DNA of 64,000 bases from an uncultured candidate division WWE3 bacterium (GCA_903879985.1 CAIRNR010000007.1:649925-713924), one strand, 5' to 3'. Positions 48,175-59,081 are shown, numbered from the stretch's first letter. Numbers and translations are program-made. The notes: generated from the letters alone by a model not told the origin.

Positions 48175-50754
48175 TTATTCCAGATTCTCTGCGATTTCAA
48201 ACTCTTCTTTTGCGAGCATTGCAATTGAAGTTATCTTGTCACCGGGATCTAAACGCATAAGTCTTACACCTTGTGTGGCACGACCTATTGTTGGTATTTG
48301 TTTTGTAGAAAGTCTTAAAATTTTTCCGTCTTTTGTAGCTATTAATACATCGGCATCTAATCCGTGTTCCAAAGCTCTTGCGGAAATAAGGTGTCCTGTT
48401 TTTTCTGTGACTTTGTAAGTAAGAATTCCCGAGCCTGCGCGATTTTGAACTTTGTATTCGGTGGTAGGTGTTTTTTTGCCATATCCTAGGTCGGAAACTG
48501 TGAATAGATCAATATTTGTAATCCTACTTGGAATAATTACTGTACCAACAACGTAGTCTTCTCCTTTTGATAATTTTATTCCGGTTACACCTGCGGCTGC
48601 TCTTCCCATGGCGCGAACGTCGTCTTCACTAAATCTTATGGATTGTCCCTGACTTGTTGTTAATAGAATTGCGTCTTTACCTGATGTTAAACCGGCAAAT
48701 ACCAAACTATCTTTATCTTCAAGTCTTAAGGCCAAAATGCCTGATGATCTAATATTAGAAAATTCTTCTAGTGGTGTCTTTTTAACAACACCTTTATGTG
48801 TAACAAAGAATACGAATCCGTTGGCTTCATCCATTTCGGTCATACTCAAGGTTAAAAATGCTTCAACTTTTTCTTCTTGTCCCATGCTCAAAAAGTTAAC
48901 AAGTGGTGTTCCTTTTGCAGTTCTGGAAGATTCTGGAATATCCCAAATACGCATTTTGTAAACTTTACCTTTGTTAGTAAAGAACAATGCCCAGTCGTGT
49001 GTTGAACAAATCTTTATTGTGTTTACGCGGTCTTCGTCGCGGAGTTGTTGTCCTGTTACGCCTTTTCCTCCTCTACCCTGTTTGCGATATGTATCTTCTT
49101 TAAGTCTTTTAATGTAGCCACTTTCGGAGATTGTAACGATTCCTGTTTCATCAACAATTAAATCTTCGTCACTTAGTTCGCCGATTTTTGCTTTAATAAC
49201 CTTAGTTTTTCTTGTATCACCAAATTTAGTTTTCAAATCGTTTAGTTCTTGTTGAACTGTTTCAATAATCTTTACTGGAGAGGCTAATAAGGTCTCATAA
49301 CCATGTATTGTTTCTTGGATTTGCTTAAGTTCATCTTCTATCTTTTTGCGTTCAAGTGCTGCAAGTCGGCGTAATTGCATATCTAAGATTGCTTGAGCTT
49401 GTAGGTCTGACAATTTGAATCTTGTCATTAATCCTGATTTAGCTGCGTCGGCATCTTTGCTTGCACGGATTAACGCAATTACTTCATCTAAGAAATCTAA
49501 AGCAATCTTAAGACCCTGTAGTATATGCTCGCGTTCTTTGGCACGTCTGAGTAGGTATATAGTTCTTTTAACTACTACTTGTTGTCTGTGCTTGATAAAC
49601 TCTTCCAAAATTCTTTTTAATGGGAAAAGCAAAGGTTCGTTATCGAGTAGTGCTACAAAGTTTCCGTTAAAGGTTGTTTGTAATTGAGTATATTTATATA
49701 GCTGATTTTGGATTTTCTTTACAACGGCGTCGCGTTTAAGTTCAATAACGATTCTAATACCTTCTTTGTTGGATTCATCGCGTAAGTCTGAAATGCCTTC
49801 GATCTTTTTGTCTTTAACTAAGTCAGCGATTTTGGATATAAGCGTTGATTTGTTGACCATGTATGGAATTTCGGTGACAACTATTTTAATCTTTTCAGCT
49901 TTTCCTTCTTCCACTTCGATTTTTGCGCGTTGTACTACCCTACCCTTACCTGTTGCGTACATCTGCATGATTTCTTTTTGATCGTAAATTGTACAACCGG
50001 TTGGAAAATCAGGACCTTTTATATATTGCATTAAATCTTCTACTGTAGCCGAGGATGAAAAATCTATTTTAGCTATTTGTGATTCATCAGTTTTGTCTGG
50101 GCCTGTTCCTATAGTCTCTGCCTTCTCAATGAGTAAATTTATTCCATCTATGATTTCACCTAAATTTTGTGGTGGAATGTTAGTAGCCATACCAACTGCG
50201 ATACCTGTGGTACCGTTTAGTAATAGATTTGGTAATAATGATGGTAAATAAGCTGGTTCGTAGTTTTGAAGATCGTTCATTATAAAATCAACGGTCTCTT
50301 TATCAATATCTCCATATAATTCTTCTGAAATTTTTTGGAGTTTACACTCAGTGTATCTCATTGCTGCTGGCGGATCTCCGTCGACACTACCAAAGTTTCC
50401 TTGTGGCCAAATGAGTGGATATCTTAAATTAAAGTCTTGTCCCATACGTACCAAAGCGTCGTAAATGGAAGTATCTCCGTGTGGGTGATACTTTTTCATG
50501 ACTTCTCCGATAATGGCCGCGCATTTTTGAAACTTACCACTGGCTACAACATTTTGATCTTGCATTGCGTATACAACACGTCGTTGAACAGGTTTAAGTC
50601 CATCTCGTACGTCGGGTAAAGCTCTTGAGACAATAACACTCATTGCGTAATCTAGGTACGCGCTTTGCATTTCATCACCAATGTCTGTTTGGAATATTCC
50701 TTGTCTATCGTCGAACTCTTCATTTTTTGCTAGAGCGTTAATTCTTTCTGACAT
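48175..50754 (-). CDS. gyrA: DNA gyrase subunit A
   Basis: RALPDVRDGLKPV, HPHGD, AAMRYTE, GyrA-box QGRGGKG. Confidence 0.97.
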   Translation of the reverse strand: MSERINALAKNEEFDDRQGIFQTDIGDEMQSAYLDYAMSVIVSRALPDVRDGLKPVQRRVVYAMQDQNVVASGKFQKCAAIIGEVMKKYHPHGDTSIYDALVRMGQDFNLRYPLIWPQGNFGSVDGDPPAAMRYTECKLQKISEELYGDIDKETVDFIMNDLQNYEPAYLPSLLPNLLLNGTTGIAVGMATNIPPQNLGEIIDGINLLIEKAETIGTGPDKTDESQIAKIDFSSSATVEDLMQYIKGPDFPTGCTIYDQKEIMQMYATGKGRVVQRAKIEVEEGKAEKIKIVVTEIPYMVNKSTLISKIADLVKDKKIEGISDLRDESNKEGIRIVIELKRDAVVKKIQNQLYKYTQLQTTFNGNFVALLDNEPLLFPLKRILEEFIKHRQQVVVKRTIYLLRRAKEREHILQGLKIALDFLDEVIALIRASKDADAAKSGLMTRFKLSDLQAQAILDMQLRRLAALERKKIEDELKQIQETIHGYETLLASPVKIIETVQQELNDLKTKFGDTRKTKVIKAKIGELSDEDLIVDETGIVTISESGYIKRLKEDTYRKQGRGGKGVTGQQLRDEDRVNTIKICSTHDWALFFTNKGKVYKMRIWDIPESSRTAKGTPLVNFLSMGQEEKVEAFLTLSMTEMDEANGFVFFVTHKGVVKKTPLEEFSNIRSSGILALRLEDKDSLVFAGLTSGKDAILLTTSQGQSIRFSEDDVRAMGRAAAGVTGIKLSKGEDYVVGTVIIPSRITNIDLFTVSDLGYGKKTPTTEYKVQNRAGSGILTYKVTEKTGHLISARALEHGLDADVLIATKDGKILRLSTKQIPTIGRATQGVRLMRLDPGDKITSIAMLAKEEFEIAENLE

Positions 50755-50829
50755 AACTCGGTAAGTATATCAGGTTTTGGTTGGGTGTAAAAGGGGTCTT
50801 TTGGCGTTATAGTAAGGAATATTGGACTA

Positions 50830-50870
50830 AAAAACCTCGAGTGTTTTTTACGCACCCGAGGTTTTTCTTT
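50830..50870. terminator. Bidirectional terminator after hppA
   Basis: AAAAACCTCG...CGAGGTTTTT. Confidence 0.75.
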
Positions 50871-50892
50871 ATACTACTTGACGACTTTAAAC

Positions 50893-52917
50893 TTAAAGTC
50901 CGATCAAGATTATGATGGCTGGTGCTATTAAGAGCGCAACCATTTGAACAATCTTCATCATTGGGTTTAAAGCTGGACCAGCGGTATCTTTAAATGGATC
51001 ACCAACTGTATCACCGACAACTGCTGCTTTATGAGTGTCACTTCCTTTTCCGCCAAAATTTCCATCTTCAATGTACTTTTTAGCGTTGTCCCATGCACCA
51101 CCTGTGTTACACATAAACAAGGCGAGCATTAAACCGGAAATAACTGTACCTGCTAAAAATCCACCCAAAGCTTCGGCACCTAAAAGTCCTACTAATATTG
51201 GAGCTGCAATAACCATTGCTGCTGGTATTACTAATTCTTTTTGAGATGCTGATGTAACGATATCCACGGCTTTGGAATAATCTGGTAAAGCTGTGCCTTC
51301 CATGATGCCTGGAATTTCTCTGAATTGACGTCTAACTTCCTCGACAACTTGAAATGCTGCTCTACCTACTGCTGCGATTAATCTTGAACTAAACAAGAAT
51401 GGTAAGGCTCCTCCAATTAACGCACCTACGAAAACTTTTGGATTTGCGATATCAACTTTTGTAAGTCCTGTAACTTCAAAGTATGTAACAAAAAGTGAGC
51501 AAGCTGCAACGGCTGCTGAACCTACTGCGAATCCTTTTGTTAATGCTTTTGTTGTGTTACCTACTCCGTCTAATTTTCCTGTAACGTTTGCTGCACTTTC
51601 ACTTAAACCTGCCATTTCGCACATACCTTGTGCGTTATCAGCGATAGGTCCAAATGTATCCATAGACATAATTATGCCTGTGGTTGCGAGCATTCCCATT
51701 CCAACTAGTGAAATTCCGTAGAATCCCAATAAGGCATAACCTGCATATATTGATGCGGCTACGACCATTGCTGAAATGAATGTTGATTCCATTCCATAAC
51801 CAAGTCCGGCAATAAGGTTTGTACCGGCTCCGGTTTTTGAAGCTGAGGCAATGCCAACTACTGGGCCTTCACCTGGTCCTGTGTAGTATTTTGTGATGAA
51901 TAACAAAGCAATCATTGCGAGTAATCCCACGACGGCTGCATAACCAGCTCTAATATCGCCCAACAAGTAAACGGCCAAGACCATGAATATAGCAATGGCT
52001 GAAACTGCTGAAACGATGAAACCGCGGATTAATGGATTAATTGGATTTTCCTGGTCATTTTTTGCTTTAACAAAGAATGTACCCAAGATTGATGTCCAGG
52101 TTGCTGCGGCTCTTGCTAAAAGTGGGAATACCACACCTTTAAGACCAAATAAGCTTCCGCCTAAGATCATAGCGGCAACAACTGTAAGTTCGTAAGATTC
52201 AAAGATATCTGCGGCCATACCTGCGCAGTCACCAACATTATCGCCAACGTTGTCGGCAATAACGGCTGCATTTCTAGGATCGTCTTCAGGAATACCTTTT
52301 TCAACTTTTCCTACTAAATCTGCGCCTACGTCTGCGGCTTTAGTGAAGATTCCGCCTCCGACTCTCATGAACAAAGCCAAAAGTGTGGCACCAAATCCGT
52401 AAGTAATCAAAACACTTGTTGCGTGTTTGGCTACTGCGTCAGCACCTAAATGGATATTTGTGAAATAAGAGTATGCATAAATTAAGGAAACGCCTAAAAG
52501 TCCAAGACCAACAACAAGCATTCCGTTTACAGTTCCTGCACCGAAAGCTACTTGCAGCGCTGGGTTTAAACCTTTTAAGGCTGCGTTTGCTGTTCTAACG
52601 TTTGCTTTAACAGCAATCCACATTCCTAAATAACCAATAAGTGCACTAGAACCTGCACCTAGTAAAAACAATATAGCTCTTTCTATTCCTAGGGTAAGAG
52701 CAATAATTACAGCTAACACTCCCATTAATGGGAAAACCACTTTGAACTGGCGCTTTAAGTAGGCCATAGCTCCATCACTGACTGCTTTGGCTATACTCTT
52801 AAGCTTATCGCTGCCTTCGTCTTCGGCTATTACTTTTTTGGTAAGGTAAAAACCGTAAGCCAATGCGCATATAGCGGTAAGAGGCGCAGTAAAAAGGGCA
52901 ATTACTTGAATGTCCAT
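50893..52917 (-). CDS. hppA: Membrane-bound proton-translocating pyrophosphatase, K+-independent type
   Basis: DVGADLVGKVE, DNVGDNVGD, GNTTKA (Lys variant), GDTVGDPFKD. Confidence 0.95.
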   Translation of the reverse strand: MDIQVIALFTAPLTAICALAYGFYLTKKVIAEDEGSDKLKSIAKAVSDGAMAYLKRQFKVVFPLMGVLAVIIALTLGIERAILFLLGAGSSALIGYLGMWIAVKANVRTANAALKGLNPALQVAFGAGTVNGMLVVGLGLLGVSLIYAYSYFTNIHLGADAVAKHATSVLITYGFGATLLALFMRVGGGIFTKAADVGADLVGKVEKGIPEDDPRNAAVIADNVGDNVGDCAGMAADIFESYELTVVAAMILGGSLFGLKGVVFPLLARAAATWTSILGTFFVKAKNDQENPINPLIRGFIVSAVSAIAIFMVLAVYLLGDIRAGYAAVVGLLAMIALLFITKYYTGPGEGPVVGIASASKTGAGTNLIAGLGYGMESTFISAMVVAASIYAGYALLGFYGISLVGMGMLATTGIIMSMDTFGPIADNAQGMCEMAGLSESAANVTGKLDGVGNTTKALTKGFAVGSAAVAACSLFVTYFEVTGLTKVDIANPKVFVGALIGGALPFLFSSRLIAAVGRAAFQVVEEVRRQFREIPGIMEGTALPDYSKAVDIVTSASQKELVIPAAMVIAAPILVGLLGAEALGGFLAGTVISGLMLALFMCNTGGAWDNAKKYIEDGNFGGKGSDTHKAAVVGDTVGDPFKDTAGPALNPMMKIVQMVALLIAPAIIILIGL

Positions 52918-53020
52918 TTTGTCCTCCTGTTTAAAAAATTTCTACAACAATTCCTAGGCCAAATTAATGGCCGGATTAGGCTATTTTATACGCTAATGTG
53001 GCTTTTAGGCAAGGTTTGAT

Positions 53021-53332
53021 TTATAGCCACTTGTTTATTGGGAATTTTGGTTCAACTATTTCGGTTTCGTCGACAGGTTTTTGTTTTAGAATTTTCTTTT
53101 TTGGTGTGGGTTTAGGAGGTTTGGGAGTTCTATCTGCTATTTCTCTTATAAGGCCGTGGATTCTATTTAGTAATACACGCTCCTTTTGGTCCCAGTAATC
53201 GTAAGCAAAATTTTCGCGGAGATCTTTGTTTTCGTCGGCGGCCAGGCCTTTTTCAAATGTGGCGTCGGCCAGCTCTTGTTTTAATTCGGTAATCTTTTGT
53301 CTTAAGTTTTCAATGCTATCAGTCTCGTTCAT
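53021..53332 (-). CDS. GreA N-terminal coiled-coil-like protein
   Basis: A...KDLRENFAY resembles GreA GDLSENAEY; no C-terminal domain. Confidence 0.65.
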   Translation of the reverse strand: MNETDSIENLRQKITELKQELADATFEKGLAADENKDLRENFAYDYWDQKERVLLNRIHGLIREIADRTPKPPKPTPKKKILKQKPVDETEIVEPKFPINKWL

Positions 53333-53343
53333 ATACTTATTTA

Positions 53344-55314
53344 TTAAGTAATATCGATATTAGCGTCTTTTGCGTGTGTTTGAATAAATCTTTTTCTTGG
53401 AGCAACTTCTTCACCCATCAACATTGTGAACACTTCGTCGGCTTTTGCTGCGTCATTAACATTAATTTGCTTAAGATGTCGTGTTTGCGGATTCATGGTT
53501 GTTTCCCACAATTCTTCAGCATTCATTTCTCCTAATCCTTTAAAGCGCTGAATAATTGCTTTTTGTCCTTCAGGTCTTTTTAAAAATGCTTCTCTATCTT
53601 TATCGTCGAACAAATACTTTTTCTCTTTACCCCAAACAGCTTTGTACAATGGTGGTACAGCTACGTAAATATGTCCGCCCTGTAAAATTTCTGGCATATG
53701 TCTAAAAAAGAATGTTAAGTAAAGAGATGCAATATGTGAACCGTCGACGTCTGCATCAGACATTAAAATAACTTTGCTGTATCTGATCTTATCAGGATTA
53801 TATTGATCCCCTATTCCAGCACCGATGGCTATAATAAGAGCTTTAAACTTTTCTGAATCAACTATTTTGTCGAGTCTTGCACGTTCAGTGTTTAAGACCT
53901 TACCAAAAATTGGCAGGATTGCTTGATAGTCACGGTTACGCCCTTGCTTTGCTGAACCACCTGCAGAATCTCCTTCTACGATAAAGATTTCTGTGCGTGA
54001 TGGATCTTTTTTAGAACAGTCGGCTAGTTTTCCTGGTAACACTCCCCCACCTTCAAGTGCGGTCTTACGTATAACTGTGTCTCTAGCTGCTTTTGCTGCC
54101 ATTCTGGCTTTAAGTGCGAGAATATTTTTTTCAACAATGCCTTGAGCATCGCGAGGAAATTCGTTAAAGAAAGTTGTCATTGCATCTTTTACAACGTTTT
54201 CAACAGCAGTTCTTACATTTGTATTACCAAGCTTCGCTTTTGTTTGACCTTCGAACTGTAAAGTGGCTGAATCTAACTTAATTGAAATGATTGCTGTTAA
54301 ACCTTCGCGCAAATCATCGCCTGACAAGTTGGCATCTTTTTCTTTTAAGTAACCTTTTTCTCTCGCGTAGTCGTTAACGGCTTTTGTTAAAGCTGATCTG
54401 AAACCTGTTAAATGTGTTCCACCTTCGGAGTTTTTTAAATGGTTTGCAAAAGTTAAAACAGTTTCAGTAAAAGAATCGTTGTATTGCATCGCAGCCTCAA
54501 CGGTTACGTCATCGTATTCTTTTTTAACGTAGAAAATATTTTCGTTTAGTACTACTTTATTGTGATTAATAGCTTTAAGGTAAGCTTTTATGCCTCCCTC
54601 AAAATAAAATGTATAGGACTGATCGTTTTTTCTATCTATTATGTCGAATCTTATTCCAGCGGTAAGGTATGCATATTCTCTTAGTTGATTTACAAATTGT
54701 TTGTATTCAAAAGCCGTGGTTTCAAAAATTGTTTCATCCGGCATGAACTGAACAATAGTTCCGGATTCGTAATTCCATGATGCAACGTCCAAATCAAATG
54801 GAACGCCTTTAAGTTTAGAAATTGGTTTTGCAGGATTAAGTTTTTCAACAGGTCGTACAACATGTCCACCGTTTTCGTATTCTTGAATAACTACTTCGTC
54901 ACCACGTTTAACAACAACTCGGCACCATTTAGATAATGCGTTTACAACAGAAGAACCTACTCCGTGTAAACCACTTGAAACTTTATAACTTCCGCCGCCA
55001 AATTTACCGCCTGCATGTAATCGTGTGAAAGCAAGTTCAAGTCCTGAGACGCCATAACCTTTTTTTATTTCGTAAGGAATACCTCGACCGTTATCAAAAA
55101 CAGCAATAGAACCATCGGCCATTAAAATTAATTTAACGTGATTACAATAACCGGCGATTGCTTCGTCCATTGAGTTGTTTACGATTTCGGTTACAAGGTG
55201 ATGAAGTCCTTCAGATCCTGTGGATCCGATATACATTCCAGGTCTTTTTCTAACAGGCTCAAGACCTTCGAGCACCTGTATTTGGTCTGATGTGTATTCA
55301 TTGGCATTTGGCAT
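53344..55314 (-). CDS. gyrB: DNA gyrase subunit B
   Basis: VRKRPGMYIG, HAGGKF, EGDSAGGS, DADVDG, RFKGLGEM; start re-called at 55314. Confidence 0.97.
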   Translation of the reverse strand: MPNANEYTSDQIQVLEGLEPVRKRPGMYIGSTGSEGLHHLVTEIVNNSMDEAIAGYCNHVKLILMADGSIAVFDNGRGIPYEIKKGYGVSGLELAFTRLHAGGKFGGGSYKVSSGLHGVGSSVVNALSKWCRVVVKRGDEVVIQEYENGGHVVRPVEKLNPAKPISKLKGVPFDLDVASWNYESGTIVQFMPDETIFETTAFEYKQFVNQLREYAYLTAGIRFDIIDRKNDQSYTFYFEGGIKAYLKAINHNKVVLNENIFYVKKEYDDVTVEAAMQYNDSFTETVLTFANHLKNSEGGTHLTGFRSALTKAVNDYAREKGYLKEKDANLSGDDLREGLTAIISIKLDSATLQFEGQTKAKLGNTNVRTAVENVVKDAMTTFFNEFPRDAQGIVEKNILALKARMAAKAARDTVIRKTALEGGGVLPGKLADCSKKDPSRTEIFIVEGDSAGGSAKQGRNRDYQAILPIFGKVLNTERARLDKIVDSEKFKALIIAIGAGIGDQYNPDKIRYSKVILMSDADVDGSHIASLYLTFFFRHMPEILQGGHIYVAVPPLYKAVWGKEKKYLFDDKDREAFLKRPEGQKAIIQRFKGLGEMNAEELWETTMNPQTRHLKQINVNDAAKADEVFTMLMGEEVAPRKRFIQTHAKDANIDIT

Positions 55315-55388
55315 AACTGAGCAATTGTACATGTTTTTATACTCAGGAGCAATAGTTTACACGTTGTAATGACGGGATTTTTTGAGTG

Positions 55389-56069
55389 TTAGAGGTTAAT
55401 AATTAGTGACTCAATTGTGAGTCTAGTGTTGACGTTAAAGTTTTCAAGTTCGTATTTTGCGCCTGCCATGGAACGGATGTTTCCGCTGATTTTAACCCCA
55501 TGCACAGCACTTTTTTTCATTTCAACACGTGCTTCTGAAATCCAATTTTCAAGTTTATTTATAATAGTATCTTTCTCTTCCTTAGCCAGAATCTCTGCGA
55601 GATACAATCTTTCTCCTAGTGACATTCTTATTAATTTATTAAAATCAGCAAATATTTCGTCGTTACCTTCTAAAGACTGATTTCCCGTTACGGTAATTTT
55701 TCTGCACCTTGATATAACGGTTTCCAATAAATCTTTTTCAGTTTTTGCACTTAAAATTACGATAGCGTAGTCCGGAGCTTCCTCCAAGGTTTTCAATAAG
55801 GCATTTTGTGCATCCAAAGTTAATTTATCTGAATTGTCTATTAATAGTATTTTGTATTTGTGGCTAAAGGGTTTTTCTTGCAAAAATTTTATTTCTGTTT
55901 TAACCTCGGCAATGCCAATAGATTTCTTATCCGGCAACATTTCCACCGTTTGTAAATCAGGGTTTATTTCTCCAAGTTTTATATCGGCGCTAACATCTGC
56001 AAGTAATTCATTAACTCTTACTCTTCTATCTTCTTTTGTTCCCCCACTAACTAAATATGATCCGTGCAT
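55389..56069 (-). CDS. holB: DNA polymerase III delta-prime-like subunit
   Basis: NPD, I.I, AQNALLKTLEE, TVISRC; start re-called at 56069. Confidence 0.75.
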   Translation of the reverse strand: MHGSYLVSGGTKEDRRVRVNELLADVSADIKLGEINPDLQTVEMLPDKKSIGIAEVKTEIKFLQEKPFSHKYKILLIDNSDKLTLDAQNALLKTLEEAPDYAIVILSAKTEKDLLETVISRCRKITVTGNQSLEGNDEIFADFNKLIRMSLGERLYLAEILAKEEKDTIINKLENWISEARVEMKKSAVHGVKISGNIRSMAGAKYELENFNVNTRLTIESLIINL

Positions 56070-56162
56070 GTACCTATTATACATTTCTTAGTTATTTGCT
56101 AAATTATTCTTGTTGAACTCGTACACATATATTGTTAACATTAAGTTAGAGAAAACTGCCCT

Positions 56163-57926
56163 ATGCCTACAGATACATTAAAAACAGTTGCAGACGTATT
56201 GTTTGAAAAAAAACTGATAAATTCGGAGCAGCTAACTGCAGTTAAATTTGAAAGCTCCAATACCGGCAGGACTGTTGATCAAATTATAAAAGAACGAAAC
56301 TATGTAAACGCCGATGACTACGCCGAAGCTCTTGGTCAGGTTTACAATATTAAATTTGCAACTATTACTCCACAAGAACTTGATCCTGTTTTACTTGATA
56401 TCGTTCCTTTAAGTGTTGCAAAAAGATATAAGTTTGTTCCATTTAAGCTTGAAGACAATAAATTATTCTTGGCAATGGTAGATCCTTTGGATTTGCAAAC
56501 AATTGATTTTATAGAACGAAAATCCGGCTACAAAGTAGTTCCCTACATCACAACCGAAAAGAATATTGAAAAAGTCTTGGAAGAACAAAAAGGAAAAGAA
56601 CTTGGCGAGGAAATATCGGCGGCACTCCAGGAAATCAATCAAAAGACAATTAAAATAGAGGAAACTTCAGGAGAAATTACTGATGCCACTTTAAGAGATG
56701 CACCAATTGCACGTATTGTAGGCATGATTTTGGAAACGGCAGTAAAAACTGGCGCCTCGGATGTGCACCTAGAACCTGGTGAACTTGAGTCGCGTCTTCG
56801 ATATCGTGTTGATGGTATTTTGGAAGAAAAGCGAAAACTTCCAAAACCAATGCATGACTCTATAGTTGCCCGTATAAAAATCCTTTGTAACATGAAGATT
56901 GACGAAAAGCGTATTCCTCAGGACGGCCGATTTAAAGTTCAAGTAGGAACTACCGAAACCGACCTTCGTGTGTCTACCCTACCAACGATTTTCGGTGAGA
57001 AGGTTGTTATCCGACTATTAAAAGAAGAAGGTACAATTTATTCATACAGAGACTTAGGCATGCGCGGATTAACCTTAAAACGTTTTGAAGAAACATCTTT
57101 GCAACCTGACGGAATGATTTTAGTTACTGGTCCTACAGGCTGTGGTAAAACTGTTACTTTAGCCTCGGCACTTAGTAAACTTAATACTGTACGTGTAAAC
57201 ATTGTTACACTTGAAGATCCGGTAGAAATTAAAGTTGAAGGAGTCAACCAAGTTCAAGTAAATCCTCAAGCAGGTTTAACTTTTGCCGACGGTTTACGCT
57301 CATTCTTACGACAAGATCCAAACATCATCATGGTAGGAGAAATTCGAGACAGTGCTACAGCCGAACTTGCAGTACATGCGGCCTTAACCGGGCACTTAGT
57401 TCTTTCTACTTTACATACAAATTCTGCAGCCAGTGCTGTTCCTCGTCTACTTGATATGGGTGTAGAAAGCTTTTTAATTTCCTCAACTTTAAATGCTGTT
57501 TTAGCTCAACGCTTGGTACGAAAAGTTTGTACCGAATGTAAAGAGGAAATAGAACCACCTGAGGAAGTTGCTAATGAAATTAGAAATTATTTAGAAACTA
57601 TATCTAAAAATGAAGTGTTAATGCTTAAAGATCATGAGGTCGCAAAAGTTGTAACAGCTGGATTGGCGGAGCCGAAAATAAAAACATACCGAGGTAAAGG
57701 CTGTCTTCGTTGTGCAAACACGGGTTACAAAGGACGAATCGGTATTTATGAATTATTAAAGATGTCAGACGCTCTTGGAAAATTAACACTAGAAAATGCA
57801 CCTACCAACGCAATGGAGGCGCAGGCTATAAAAGAAGGAATGCTAACTTTATTACAAGATGGTTACTTGCGTATTGTAGAAGGTGTAACTACCATTGAAG
57901 AGGTAATGAGAGTAGCAAAAGATTGA
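56163..57926 (+). CDS. pilB: Type IV pilus assembly ATPase
   Basis: ASDVHLE, GPTGCGKT, LRQDPN, GHLVLSTLH, tetracysteine. Confidence 0.92.
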   Translation: MPTDTLKTVADVLFEKKLINSEQLTAVKFESSNTGRTVDQIIKERNYVNADDYAEALGQVYNIKFATITPQELDPVLLDIVPLSVAKRYKFVPFKLEDNKLFLAMVDPLDLQTIDFIERKSGYKVVPYITTEKNIEKVLEEQKGKELGEEISAALQEINQKTIKIEETSGEITDATLRDAPIARIVGMILETAVKTGASDVHLEPGELESRLRYRVDGILEEKRKLPKPMHDSIVARIKILCNMKIDEKRIPQDGRFKVQVGTTETDLRVSTLPTIFGEKVVIRLLKEEGTIYSYRDLGMRGLTLKRFEETSLQPDGMILVTGPTGCGKTVTLASALSKLNTVRVNIVTLEDPVEIKVEGVNQVQVNPQAGLTFADGLRSFLRQDPNIIMVGEIRDSATAELAVHAALTGHLVLSTLHTNSAASAVPRLLDMGVESFLISSTLNAVLAQRLVRKVCTECKEEIEPPEEVANEIRNYLETISKNEVLMLKDHEVAKVVTAGLAEPKIKTYRGKGCLRCANTGYKGRIGIYELLKMSDALGKLTLENAPTNAMEAQAIKEGMLTLLQDGYLRIVEGVTTIEEVMRVAKD

Positions 57927-57995
57927 CGTTTTGACGCGAAGCCGTTGTGCATTTCGGCGAGCGTGTGTTGGAAAAGCTAACAAGCACAAATTTAT

Positions 57996-59072
57996 ATGAA
58001 ACTAAACGCAACACAAATACTAGAACAAATAATAGCAACAGGTGCATCAGACTTGCATCTATGCGTTGGTGCCCCACCCTACATTAGAGTAAAAACAGTT
58101 CTTAAACCTATGGAGAACATGCCTGTTTTAACAATTGATGATTTGGAATATTTTTTGTCCCAAATTGTCGATACTCAGCAACGTGAGATTTTAGAAATTA
58201 ACAAGGAACTGGATTTTTCTGTTGCTCTAGGTAATAAAGCGCGCTTTAGAGTTAACGCCTTTTTCCAAAAAGGTTACCCTGCTTTGGCAATGCGTTATAT
58301 TCCTATGCACGTTCCGACATTAGCTGAATTAAACCTTCCTCCATATATAGCTAACCTTTGTAATATAAAACAAGGATTAATTTTAGTCGTCGGTCCTACA
58401 GGTCATGGAAAATCTACAACATTGGCTGCAATGATCGATCAGATTAATGGTTCCCGTTCTGAACATATTGTTACTATTGAAGATCCAATTGAATATGTAT
58501 TCACAAACAAACTTTCACTAATTAATCAAAGAGAAATGTACTTAGACTCGCATTCTTGGGATGTTTCACTTAAGTCAGCTTTGCGACAGGATCCAAACGT
58601 TGTTTTAATCGGAGAAATGCGTGATGCCGAAACTATAGCGGCTGTTTTGCAAATAGCGGAGTCAGGACATTTGGTTTTTGCTACTTTGCATACAAATTCC
58701 GCGGCACAATCTGTAGAAAGAATAATTGCTTCATTTCCAAATGAAAAACAAAATGAAGTTAGATCCCAACTTGCGCAAGTTATTGAAGTTGTAATATCTC
58801 AAAGACTTATTCCATCGCCTTCTAAAGGTGTCTTACCTGCACTTGAAATATTATTGGCAACAGACGCAGTTAAAAACCTTGTTCGTGAAGGTAAAGGATT
58901 TATGTTAGATAATATAATTAGTACAAGTTCCCAGTTGGGCATGGTAAGTTTAGAAAGAAGCTTGGCAATGATGGTAAACAGAGGAGAAGTTGAATTTTTA
59001 GAAGCAATTAAATATGCACCCCGTGGTGCAGAATTTAAGAGATTAGTAGATTCTAAGTTTCAGAAAGAATAA
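57996..59072 (+). CDS. pilT: Type IV pilus retraction ATPase
   Basis: ASDLHL, RFRVN, GPTGHGKSTT, ALRQDP. Confidence 0.92.
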   Translation: MKLNATQILEQIIATGASDLHLCVGAPPYIRVKTVLKPMENMPVLTIDDLEYFLSQIVDTQQREILEINKELDFSVALGNKARFRVNAFFQKGYPALAMRYIPMHVPTLAELNLPPYIANLCNIKQGLILVVGPTGHGKSTTLAAMIDQINGSRSEHIVTIEDPIEYVFTNKLSLINQREMYLDSHSWDVSLKSALRQDPNVVLIGEMRDAETIAAVLQIAESGHLVFATLHTNSAAQSVERIIASFPNEKQNEVRSQLAQVIEVVISQRLIPSPSKGVLPALEILLATDAVKNLVREGKGFMLDNIISTSSQLGMVSLERSLAMMVNRGEVEFLEAIKYAPRGAEFKRLVDSKFQKE

Positions 59073-59081
59073 TATTTAAAA

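Noticed and set aside
50460..50490. Quinolone-resistance change in GyrA (HPHGDTSIYD)
   Set aside because: Thr at the Ser83-equivalent position is a common wild-type residue
30963..56084. Longest-ORF starts at 31718, 40448, 46129, 48224, 55332 and 56084 (also 6408 and 20028)
   Set aside because: They overlap neighbours or promoter elements; downstream ATGs fit the -10, SD or coupling better
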